Below are positions 28,349 to 36,313 of a stretch of 64,000 bases of DNA, piece by piece. Positions within the stretch are counted from its first letter, which is position 1. Every line of letters begins with the position of its first letter. Under the pieces are notes generated by a model. It made no database searches and was not told the DNA's origin. It was given only the letters and a program-made list of their open reading frames with translations. A program made the position numbers and the translations under genes. Source of the DNA: a virus; the IMG/VR virus record IMGVR_UViG_3300010412_000004, positions 15,013 to 79,012 of that record; one strand, given 5' to 3'.

Positions 28349-28489
28349 TTAGTTAGAGGCGACCAGCACCTGAGTGCAGTCCTTCCACCTATTGCTCAGC
28401 TTGCTGATCCCTTTGCGCCCGAGCGCCTTTCTCCTTGCCATCTTCCAGCTGTTTTTAACCATCCACCTTTTTGCCGTCTTCTTTTTCAT
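28349..28489 (-). CDS. Small basic Lys/Arg/Trp-rich peptide (46 aa)
   Basis: Read manually: MKKKTAKRWMVKNSWKMARRKALGRKG...; GAGGGAGG RBS. Confidence 0.55.
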   Translation of the reverse strand: MKKKTAKRWMVKNSWKMARRKALGRKGISKLSNRWKDCTQVLVASN

Positions 28490-28494
28490 CTCGA

Positions 28495-28719
28495 CTAACC
28501 CTCCCTCTTGGATTTGCATTGACTACATACAATGCCATTGGGTCTTCCGTTTTCATCAAAAGTTACGTTTGGTAGAAGATGACTAAAGTTTAAGAATCTT
28601 CTCCCACACTCACTGCAAACAGTTACGTGGTCATATTCTCCTATCGCTCTCTGCATCAATTTATGGGTAGTGTGTGAGCAACTATTTGTGAAGTATTGAC
28701 CACAACTGCATCTTATCAT
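28495..28719 (-). CDS. Cys/His-rich hypothetical protein
   Basis: Multiple CxC/CxxC; AAGGAGGTGA RBS. Confidence 0.55.
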   Translation of the reverse strand: MIRCSCGQYFTNSCSHTTHKLMQRAIGEYDHVTVCSECGRRFLNFSHLLPNVTFDENGRPNGIVCSQCKSKREG

Positions 28720-28863
28720 CTTTTCACCTCCTTCCTTTTGGTCTACTACGGGAAAAACTTGTGCTTGTCTGCGTATGCTTCATTAATAATATAAGCAAAT
28801 TCAACTGATAAAGCACGATAAGTTTATGATATTTGTTTTTCTCAATAGCAGTTATGGACATTC

Positions 28864-29079
28864 TCAATCCTTGATAAACTCAAAACACTTGTCCATGGCT
28901 TTTTCTAATGCTTTTGCCAAATCCACAGCATCTTCCAAATTGTCAAAGAGCCATCCAATGTCACCATTTAAGAAACTCACTTCAAAGTAATTCGGGCTGT
29001 TCTTGTCTGGGTCATATTCGAGTGAGACCACCAGATTTAGATCGTCTTTCCCATATGTCTTCAATTCCATGCTGTCCAT
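28864..29079 (-). CDS. Acidic hypothetical early protein
   Basis: GGAGGTGA RBS. Confidence 0.55.
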   Translation of the reverse strand: MDSMELKTYGKDDLNLVVSLEYDPDKNSPNYFEVSFLNGDIGWLFDNLEDAVDLAKALEKAMDKCFEFIKD

Positions 29080-29290
29080 CTTTTTTCACCTCCCTTCTCT
29101 TCGTATTTGACTCAAGTTGTTCTTCCAAGTCGCACTCGCTTCCTCCCTCCCTTGCCAGTGCGACTCAGAAGCTCAACTCTTTACATTGGTAATCTGTCCA
29201 TTACCTCCATTACCGTTTGCAACAGTTTGTGCATCGTCCAAAGCATTAGTAATCCAAAACCAATAGACAGTATTAATCTTGCTTTTACCA

Positions 29291-29704
29291 TTAGAACCTC
29301 CTCCATACGACTCTTAATTTAATGTAGTGGTGTGGTCCGGGTGTGAAGTTACAGCTACCAATCTCCATCTCCCATTGTACATATGGGATCATGTAGCATT
29401 TTACGGGAAACTTGAGCTCCAGTTTTTCTGCTAATACCACTGCCTTCTCTGCATCTACTACTAAAATACTATACCCTTTCAGTCCTTGAAGTTTGTCATT
29501 ATACACTCTTCCCAGCGATTCAAACTTCATAGCATTCCTAATTTCTGACCTTTCTTCAGTTGTCAAAGGTCTGTAACAGCAGGGGAGGACTTCTTTGGGA
29601 GTTTTGCGACGGGCAAACTCTTCTTTTGGGTCAACCTTCAAAATTTCCTTCCATACCCACTCTTTCCTTTTTCCTAAAATTTCATTGTACTGTTCCTGGT
29701 TCAT
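29291..29704 (-). CDS. Hypothetical early protein
   Basis: AAAGGAGGTGA RBS. Confidence 0.6.
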   Translation of the reverse strand: MNQEQYNEILGKRKEWVWKEILKVDPKEEFARRKTPKEVLPCCYRPLTTEERSEIRNAMKFESLGRVYNDKLQGLKGYSILVVDAEKAVVLAEKLELKFPVKCYMIPYVQWEMEIGSCNFTPGPHHYIKLRVVWRRF

Positions 29705-29741
29705 GGTCTCTTCACCTCCTTTCTCTTTTTATTTATTTCAG

Positions 29742-30074
29742 TTAACTCAGTACCTCCATCATATCATCGTATGTATCAAATTTCTGTTTTTCCCTGCCCA
29801 CTTCCTTCCAGTTTTCCCTTACGAACTTTTCGTAGTTTCTGCAGGCGGTGAGGATTTCTTCTGGGGAATACTCAAGGTCAAAGCAAATTATGTCCCAGTC
29901 TGTGTTATCAATAATGCAACCAAATTCCTCCTGCTCGTCAATATACAGACTTACCCTGCTGGGTCCTTCTGTGTTGGGTCTGTGAAATATGACGGTACGC
30001 CATGGTTTTCCGTCTTTTTCAACTTCCCAAATCCTGTATCCCTTCTCATAGTCTATTTTTACCGTTTTAAACAT
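29742..30074 (-). CDS. Hypothetical early protein
   Basis: AAAGGAGGTGA RBS. Confidence 0.6.
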   Translation of the reverse strand: MFKTVKIDYEKGYRIWEVEKDGKPWRTVIFHRPNTEGPSRVSLYIDEQEEFGCIIDNTDWDIICFDLEYSPEEILTACRNYEKFVRENWKEVGREKQKFDTYDDMMEVLS

Positions 30075-30177
30075 TTTTTTTCACCTCCTTTCTCTTCTTA
30101 TTTGCTTCAGTTTACCCTCCAGGTCCCACAGAAGCCCTCCCGTATCTTCTTGCGGGACCTAAAGCGTAAACTTGAAA

Positions 30178-30399
30178 TTACCTTCTTACACTCGACATAA
30201 TTACCAGAAATCCCCATCGTGTCAACTTGCTTGTTTTGTTGCACTCTTCGCAAATTCCCGAAGTGTAAAGCAAGTTTGGTTCTGAAAATACTTGACGGGC
30301 TCCACAATGGGCGCAAGTAAACTTCGCGTACCACGTGTGTCCTTCTTCAAGTAATTTCAACAGCATTGGTTCTAACTCGTCGTATGTCTTATCCGCCAT
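30178..30399 (-). CDS. Zn-ribbon hypothetical protein
   Basis: CAHC..CEEC; AAAGGAGGTGA RBS. Confidence 0.6.
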   Translation of the reverse strand: MADKTYDELEPMLLKLLEEGHTWYAKFTCAHCGARQVFSEPNLLYTSGICEECNKTSKLTRWGFLVIMSSVRR

Positions 30400-30437
30400 T
30401 TCTCTTCACCTCCTTTCTCATTAAATTTTTCTGCTTT

Positions 30438-30773
30438 CTAACAGTCGTCTCTGACCACTTCTCCGTACCTTGCAATATACACTAATTGCATGAAGTCTTT
30501 TAGGGTGTCTATGCCTGGGATATTCCCTGTGACTTCCCCAGTTTCGGGATCACAATTTGCATACTGCTTGGTTTCTCCATAATAGTCATCCATTAAATGC
30601 TCTTCTTTTCTGCAAATGTCAATATGCTCTGGGAAGTAACTTTCATGGACTATTGTGATAAAAATGTCTTCTCGTACTTTGTATCCCGTTATCGCATGAC
30701 TCGAACCAGCATTAAATCTGTCTTCTTTTCTGTAAATGTCAAGAAAAATATCTGGTATTCTATTTTGTCCCAT
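30438..30773 (-). CDS. Hypothetical early protein
   Basis: AAAGGAGGTGA RBS; promoter upstream. Confidence 0.6.
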   Translation of the reverse strand: MGQNRIPDIFLDIYRKEDRFNAGSSHAITGYKVREDIFITIVHESYFPEHIDICRKEEHLMDDYYGETKQYANCDPETGEVTGNIPGIDTLKDFMQLVYIARYGEVVRDDC

Positions 30774-30833
30774 ATCTTTTTCACCTCCTTTCCCATAGTA
30801 AATTTTCTGTCATACTTCATATTTTCTAAACAT

Positions 30834-30870
30834 AATATAACAGTTACAAGAAGATAATACAAGATAAATT
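30834..30870 (-). promoter_or_regulatory. Sigma70-type promoter (extended -10)
   Basis: AATTTATC-TTGTAT-17 bp-TGnTATATT. Confidence 0.65.
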
Positions 30871-30934
30871 ACACAACATCCATGATTTTCTCGCCATAAA
30901 AATTTCCCAGAAATTTCTCACAAAAATTTCTCAG

Positions 30935-31402
30935 TTAAATTCTCTCCCTCCAAAGTTCACTCAATATCCCTAAAATATCTCCCATTACTGTCTCTGAAAA
31001 TCTTTCCCTTGTAATCACTCTTACCTCATTCCAGTATGCCAGCAGTCTCAATCGTTTAATCTCCTTACCCTCTTTCCAACTTACTTCTATCTCACCTTTA
31101 TTATACCAATCAACTGTATAATCTACCTTACCTCTCTTTACTGTCCATTTACTCTTTAATATCCACGTCTCGACCATCCCATCATAATCAATCACTATTT
31201 TGCCTTTAGTCTCAATCTTTTTAACTCTTGCCTTTGAACCTTTCCTACTTCCATCCGTCAAACATCCTTCTATTTCAACCGAATCATTTTTAATCTGGAT
31301 ATTTGTTATTGACTTTAACCAAAGCTCGCTCGAATCAGGTAGAAATTCATTTAAGTAATTAACCATATCTTCCTCAGTCTCCTTAACTATATCTCTTTTC
31401 AT
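30935..31402 (-). CDS. First gene of the left arm, hypothetical
   Basis: AAGGAGGTGA RBS before ATG 31402; strongly C-poor coding strand. Confidence 0.65.
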   Translation of the reverse strand: MKRDIVKETEEDMVNYLNEFLPDSSELWLKSITNIQIKNDSVEIEGCLTDGSRKGSKARVKKIETKGKIVIDYDGMVETWILKSKWTVKRGKVDYTVDWYNKGEIEVSWKEGKEIKRLRLLAYWNEVRVITRERFSETVMGDILGILSELWRERI

Positions 31403-31490
31403 TATATCACCTCCTTCCCTTTTAAATTTAATTCCAATCATCAATTCATACTCGTGGGTATGGTGCTTTGTGTAGTGTGTATATATGCGT

Positions 31491-31527
31491 AATGTAAGTG
31501 GAGATGAGTGATAGTGCAAGATAAATT
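31491..31527 (-). promoter_or_regulatory. Sigma70-type promoter heading the left arm
   Basis: AATTTATC-TTGCAC-17 bp-TACATT. Confidence 0.6.
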
Positions 31528-31777
31528 GATGATATATTATTGTCTTGGTAGATTAGGAGGTGGACTTGATTGAATTGTTTTAGGTCTGGCGGCGGCTATT
31601 GAGTGGATTAATGGGAGGTGTAGGATTGTAAATGATATGGGTGGCTGGCAGGGAGGCTTTGGTATAGAATGGGAGGTTAATCAATCATTCTTATCCTCAT
31701 CTTTATTTCATTAAATGGATGAATTGATGTGGGAGGAGTGTAGGGAAGAGTTGAAATGGGAGATAATAATCAAGGTA

Positions 31778-31794
31778 GGGGTGGGGTGGGTGGG
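31778..31794 (+). other. Canonical G-quadruplex-forming motif
   Basis: GGGGTGGGGTGGGTGGG. Confidence 0.6.
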
Positions 31795-32118
31795 ATGTGA
31801 CGACCACCTGAGTATGGAAATGGTGGTCTGGCATACGAAACTTGAATCAATTTATCCAGCCCACCTTCCACTCATACCATTCCAATTCGAAATACTGGAA
31901 CCACGAAGGGACGAGAAGGGTTGGGTCAGCCCAAACCTGACCTTCCCGTTGATGATATGGGAGACCGACCAGGTGTACCGAACCTTCCGCATCGCTCAGT
32001 TTGACCAGACCGCCCCATATGTAGCCAGACCATACCAGCTCAACCCATACCGAATCATATTTATTAAATATTATAAATTTACTAACTATTAGTAATTTAT
32101 TAAGTATGTTGTATTTAC

Positions 32119-32205
32119 TTACTAAATAGTATTTAGTAAATATCATTTAGTAAATACTTGTATATTTACTAAATATTATAAAATTTAATAAATGTTATTT
32201 AGTAA
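32119..32205. repeat. ATTTAGTAA(A) repeat cluster, left
   Basis: Five copies in both orientations at 32119, 32131, 32145, 32165, 32197. Confidence 0.75.
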
Positions 32206-32230
32206 TTAAATAAATTAAAATTACTTAATT

Positions 32231-32355
32231 TATGACAAAAAAAGTCATACTTTTTGACAAAAAATGTCAAAGCATTTATGTAATAATAACAAGTATTTAA
32301 CTAAAATTAAATACTTATTTAGAAAATAAATTGCCTCTTTTGACAAAAAAAGTAA
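32231..32355. promoter_or_regulatory. Operator-like palindromes TGAC-N7-GTCA
   Basis: 32231-32249, 32253-32271 and a partial copy near 32339-32355. Confidence 0.55.
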
Positions 32356-32584
32356 TTAACTTATTTATAGCCATAAAATTATTTTTAAAATAATATGTAA
32401 TTATCTTAAATACTTATACAATTTAAGACTTTGTTTTGTACTTTGTGCATACTTTTTGCAATAGTTATTAGCATGTCAAAGTCAACAGCTATATTAATAT
32501 TGCTCGCTTGCTATAGTGCTTTCGTGCTTGCATTACTTGACTTCTTTACAGTCTACGCGAAGTAGACAGAAAGTGAAGGCAACT

Positions 32585-33031
32585 ATGTTAAGACACGAAA
32601 ACACAATACAGAAAGTCTATGCAATGTATATTGACAAAGCAACGACTTTTAATGAAAAAGAAATTGCTTTACGCAAGTTACATAAACTTTGTGAAAAACA
32701 CAAAGTCAACTTGCATAGACTTGTTAGTGACTGTACTTTAAATATTAACTATGCAGACAAAGTACAGTCAAAAGCTACTTCAAATGCTATGTATGAAGCA
32801 GACAAAGCAAAAAGCAGACGTAGTTTAATAATTGAAATGTTACGTCAAAACATACATAGTAAGGACAGTATTGCAGAAGTACTGTCTGAAGTCTACGAAA
32901 TTGCAGACTTCAAGACAAATAAGAAAGCAGTTGCAGGGACTTTGTATGACTTGCAGACTAACAAAGCATACTTTGACTATAAAGTATGTAAAGACGACAG
33001 ACTTTCTTGCAATTTCAATGTGACTGTCTAA
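32585..33031 (+). CDS. Isolated gene: DUF2786-like N-terminus plus domain paralogous to 23975-24439
   Basis: ATG 32585 after GAAGG; NEKEIALRKLHKLCEKH; SRRSLIIE..NKKAVAGTLYDL; followed by terminator. Confidence 0.75.
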   Translation: MLRHENTIQKVYAMYIDKATTFNEKEIALRKLHKLCEKHKVNLHRLVSDCTLNINYADKVQSKATSNAMYEADKAKSRRSLIIEMLRQNIHSKDSIAEVLSEVYEIADFKTNKKAVAGTLYDLQTNKAYFDYKVCKDDRLSCNFNVTV

Positions 33032-33063
33032 TTGTTAAAAGTAGCACGAAAGCACTTAGCATA

Positions 33064-33104
33064 AAAAAATAAAACACTTTGAAGTCTAAAGTGTTTTATT
33101 TTTT
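33064..33104. terminator. Intrinsic (possibly bidirectional) terminator
   Basis: AAAAAATAAAACACTTT-loop-AAAGTGTTTTATTTTTT. Confidence 0.7.
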
Positions 33105-33144
33105 GCTTGTTTACTGAAGCAAATTTATTTAATAAATAAATAAT

Positions 33145-33209
33145 ATTTAGTAAGTATATAATATTTAGTAAACCCCCCTCAATTTAGTTTATGAAGACCA
33201 TTTAGTAAA
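33145..33209. repeat. ATTTAGTAA(A) repeat cluster, right
   Basis: Copies at 33145, 33163, 33200. Confidence 0.7.
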
Positions 33210-33373
33210 CAGCTACAGAGGGTCTGCCACAATATTCTGAGTAGAATTCATGAGGTCCTCAAAACCAATTCTTCCCGCCCTCCTCCACACTCAAATAATC
33301 TACTTGACAACCCTTTTACAGGTGTGTTACTTGTCTATTTCATTACCCTTACGCCTACGAAAGGAAACCTACC

Positions 33374-33973
33374 ATGCGAGATACCGAGATGTATAAGCCA
33401 GTCCCAACCAAAGGCACTACCAAAGAGGGACTTAAGATTATTATGTTTGATGCCGTACAAAACTGCAGGGCTGAACAATGTCCAATATTCAATGACTGCA
33501 AATACCTCAAGACCGGAAGGTGCACGGTTGAGATTAATTACCTCCGCGCCGTCTTTGACTCCGTTAACGATATGGTAGGGAAGGACACTACACAGGGAGT
33601 CCTCAATAAGGTCACCCTCCACCTTCTACCCCTATTCCATCAGCTCATCCGTTTCCAAATCTACGCCTACTCCGTGCAAGATGTCTGCTACACTACTACA
33701 AGAGGGCAGATAAGGGCTCATCCAATATTCAAAGAGATAAGGGACACCCTCAGGTCCATTGAGAACACCCAAGCCTCAATGGGGATTGATGGAGAATACA
33801 TCCGAGCCTTGGGCTCCCTCGGGAGTGGGAGAAAGGGAAGGAGAGCCATTGAGGATGCCGTAAAGTATGGGGAGGACGGATTCAGGGAGAGGTGGCAGAA
33901 AGAGAACTTTGATGGTTCGGTGTTTCCTGAGGGAAGGGCTACCCATCCAAAGCGTTCCGCGAGAGGAGGATAA
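33374..33973 (+). CDS. Putative terminase small subunit
   Basis: Position upstream of TerL; RGQIRAHPIFKEIR resembles TerS K.HP motif; Cys-rich N-terminus. Confidence 0.55.
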   Translation: MRDTEMYKPVPTKGTTKEGLKIIMFDAVQNCRAEQCPIFNDCKYLKTGRCTVEINYLRAVFDSVNDMVGKDTTQGVLNKVTLHLLPLFHQLIRFQIYAYSVQDVCYTTTRGQIRAHPIFKEIRDTLRSIENTQASMGIDGEYIRALGSLGSGRKGRRAIEDAVKYGEDGFRERWQKENFDGSVFPEGRATHPKRSARGG

Positions 33974-34252
33974 ATGCTCAGATATTTATTGGTGTTATTC
34001 ATACTGCTGGCGAATCCAGTGATCTTACATTTGAAATGGACTACCCAAGCTCATTATGACAGGTATGAAGTGAGGGTCATGGATGACAGCGGGGTGCTTG
34101 ACATATACCCTACAGACCTAGAAGAACTTGATTTAGACCTAAGAGACGATAGGATTTATGAGTTCACTATCGAAGGATATACCAATGGATCATGGGATAC
34201 CCTCATGTTCATGCGCTGGCATAGTGGATCGAAGGTTCTTCGGATAAAATAA
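33974..34252 (+). CDS. Small exported beta-rich protein
   Basis: Signal-peptide-like N-terminus; GAGGAGG RBS. Confidence 0.55.
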   Translation: MLRYLLVLFILLANPVILHLKWTTQAHYDRYEVRVMDDSGVLDIYPTDLEELDLDLRDDRIYEFTIEGYTNGSWDTLMFMRWHSGSKVLRIK

Positions 34253-34333
34253 ACGCATATAACGTATGTATTGACATAAAATCGTTTAAAATTCATTGAA
34301 TCAGCCTGTGGGCTTTTATAAGGATTTTTCACT

Positions 34334-36211
34334 ATGTTACAACGTGCAAATAGGTTTGAGGCAAGAAAGCCAATCCGTTTTACAGACGGTGCGGAGGGGA
34401 TGATAAAGTGGGTGGAGGATTTTGTCTACCTCCCCATCTATCCCTATGTTAGTGAAGAGGATGAGATAGCACCAGTGGAGGCTTGGGTAAGGGTAGCTGA
34501 TCTCCCAAAAGATCCTAATCCTAAGACTGGTCGCTCATATTGGAATATGTGGGATAACCAAAAGGAGATCCTCCGCAGAGCCCTTGTAATGGAGGGGGGT
34601 AGGTTCATATATAGGTTGATAATTCTATGCTGGATGCGTGGGGAGGGAAAGAGTTTGTTGGCCTGCCTCATTCAGCTTTGGAAGTTCTTCAACTGGACTC
34701 GCCAGAAAATTATGCTTGGAGCTAACAGTAAAGATCAGGTAAAGTTCGTTCATTATGATATCATGAGGGATATCATTCTAAACAGCCCCGAATTGATAGG
34801 GGTGGTCGGGGAGAGAAACGTCCAGGAGAAAGAGATTAGGATCTTGGATAGGAACACTGGAGGGGTGGACTGTTTAATCAGGAGCATATCCACCGCCAGT
34901 GGTATTGTAAGTAACATCACCGGATACACTTTCTCTGAAATGTTTGCGATGAAGAACCCGACCTTCTTCGTGCAACTTGATGGAAGTATCAGAAATATAC
35001 CAAACGCTCTTGGAGTGATTGACAGCACGGTATCTGATAAAGTTCACATATTGCATCAAATGTATAAGAACTGGGTGAAGGGGAAACTCAGGACCTGTTT
35101 CTACAGCTATAGATACACAAAGGAGGCTGATCCTAATAGGTACTGGAACCCTAATATGGATGATGACCAACTCAATGATTACCAAGTAAAGTTCCCATTT
35201 GGAGAATTTGATAGATACTTTTTGAACCTGTGGGAGGCTGGAACAGTTAGAGTATTTAGTGAAGTTGATGTGAGAGCCACTGGGTATATTGGAGCGGAGG
35301 GATCCTATTTTAATCACAACTCAGTGAAAAATCTGTTGGAGGAGATCGTCAAAAAAGAGGAGGTTTTGAGTGATACTAAAGGAAAAGGGTGGGTGGAGAG
35401 TAGCTTAAATGAAAGGAAAAGAATAGATGAGTTAGAGAAATCGCTCATCCCTGTGGAGAACTTATACAGTCTTAAATCAGGAATGGACCGCCAATTCTAT
35501 TGCCCATTAGAGGATTTAATAAAAGTTGGAGATTTATTCGATACTGATTGGGCTATATTGTTTGGTTTAGATATGGGTGACCCTACCGCCATTAGAGGAC
35601 AGGCTAGGAGCATTTTAGTAGGGTTGGCTAAGGGATTGATAGGTTCACGTACCAATCCTTGGGCGGATACACTCAAAATACCTGACCTTAAGTTCATTTA
35701 TCTGCTTATATTATTCACTAACGTGGAGAATCACAGCACAGATATGATTAAGAAGATAGTTGATGAGGCTAATGAGGAATATGATGGAATAGATACGTTC
35801 TGTGCAGAAAGATATGGAACGTGGGATATGACTCAATGGTGTGAGGAAAGGAGCATCAACTTCGAGCCTACTTATCCTAATTATGGACGCCAAAGGGATG
35901 CCTTCAAAGAGGCCTATACCGTGGTAAAGGAGGGAAGGTTTAAAACTCCTGATATACCTGTGGCGGGATCTAAAACAGATAATTTATTCCTAGAGGAATT
36001 AAGTATATTTGATCATGATCCTATTAAGAAATGGTTTGGTAGCCCTGAAAAAGAAGAGAAAGGAGGGACACAGGACGATTCGGTATATAGCTTAGGATGG
36101 TGTATGTATGGAGGACGTATGTTAGGACCTCAGGACTTTAGAGTTCGAAAAAATGTATCCAGCTTTGGAATGTTCATACCTGCCACTGGATTAGTCGGAA
36201 AATATACTTAA
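34334..36211 (+). CDS. Terminase large subunit
   Basis: Q-motif NQKEIL, Walker A MRGEGKS, ANSKDQ, nuclease GLDMG and QDDSVYS; precedes portal. Confidence 0.88.
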   Translation: MLQRANRFEARKPIRFTDGAEGMIKWVEDFVYLPIYPYVSEEDEIAPVEAWVRVADLPKDPNPKTGRSYWNMWDNQKEILRRALVMEGGRFIYRLIILCWMRGEGKSLLACLIQLWKFFNWTRQKIMLGANSKDQVKFVHYDIMRDIILNSPELIGVVGERNVQEKEIRILDRNTGGVDCLIRSISTASGIVSNITGYTFSEMFAMKNPTFFVQLDGSIRNIPNALGVIDSTVSDKVHILHQMYKNWVKGKLRTCFYSYRYTKEADPNRYWNPNMDDDQLNDYQVKFPFGEFDRYFLNLWEAGTVRVFSEVDVRATGYIGAEGSYFNHNSVKNLLEEIVKKEEVLSDTKGKGWVESSLNERKRIDELEKSLIPVENLYSLKSGMDRQFYCPLEDLIKVGDLFDTDWAILFGLDMGDPTAIRGQARSILVGLAKGLIGSRTNPWADTLKIPDLKFIYLLILFTNVENHSTDMIKKIVDEANEEYDGIDTFCAERYGTWDMTQWCEERSINFEPTYPNYGRQRDAFKEAYTVVKEGRFKTPDIPVAGSKTDNLFLEELSIFDHDPIKKWFGSPEKEEKGGTQDDSVYSLGWCMYGGRMLGPQDFRVRKNVSSFGMFIPATGLVGKYT

Positions 36212-36245
36212 TCTAAATAAAATCCAGCGGTGCGGCAAAATTTAC

Positions 36246-36275
36246 TTGACAGCCCTTTGCCTTTTCTGTTATACT
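36246..36275 (+). promoter_or_regulatory. Sigma70-type promoter upstream of portal
   Basis: TTGACA-18 bp-TGnTATACT. Confidence 0.6.
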
Positions 36276-36313
36276 TGGTATTATCATTATTCTTTTTGTA
36301 GATAGAGGATATT

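Noticed and set aside
31715-32146. ORFs 31715-32092 (+) and 31847-32146 (-)
   Set aside because: No RBS; they span segments of opposite skew and AT repeats, so they are more likely non-coding.
32444-32460. Sigma54-like promoter TGTGCAT-N5-TTGCA upstream of the island gene
   Set aside because: Spacing fits and palindromes lie upstream, but the near-invariant -24 GG is absent, so it cannot be supported without TSS data.
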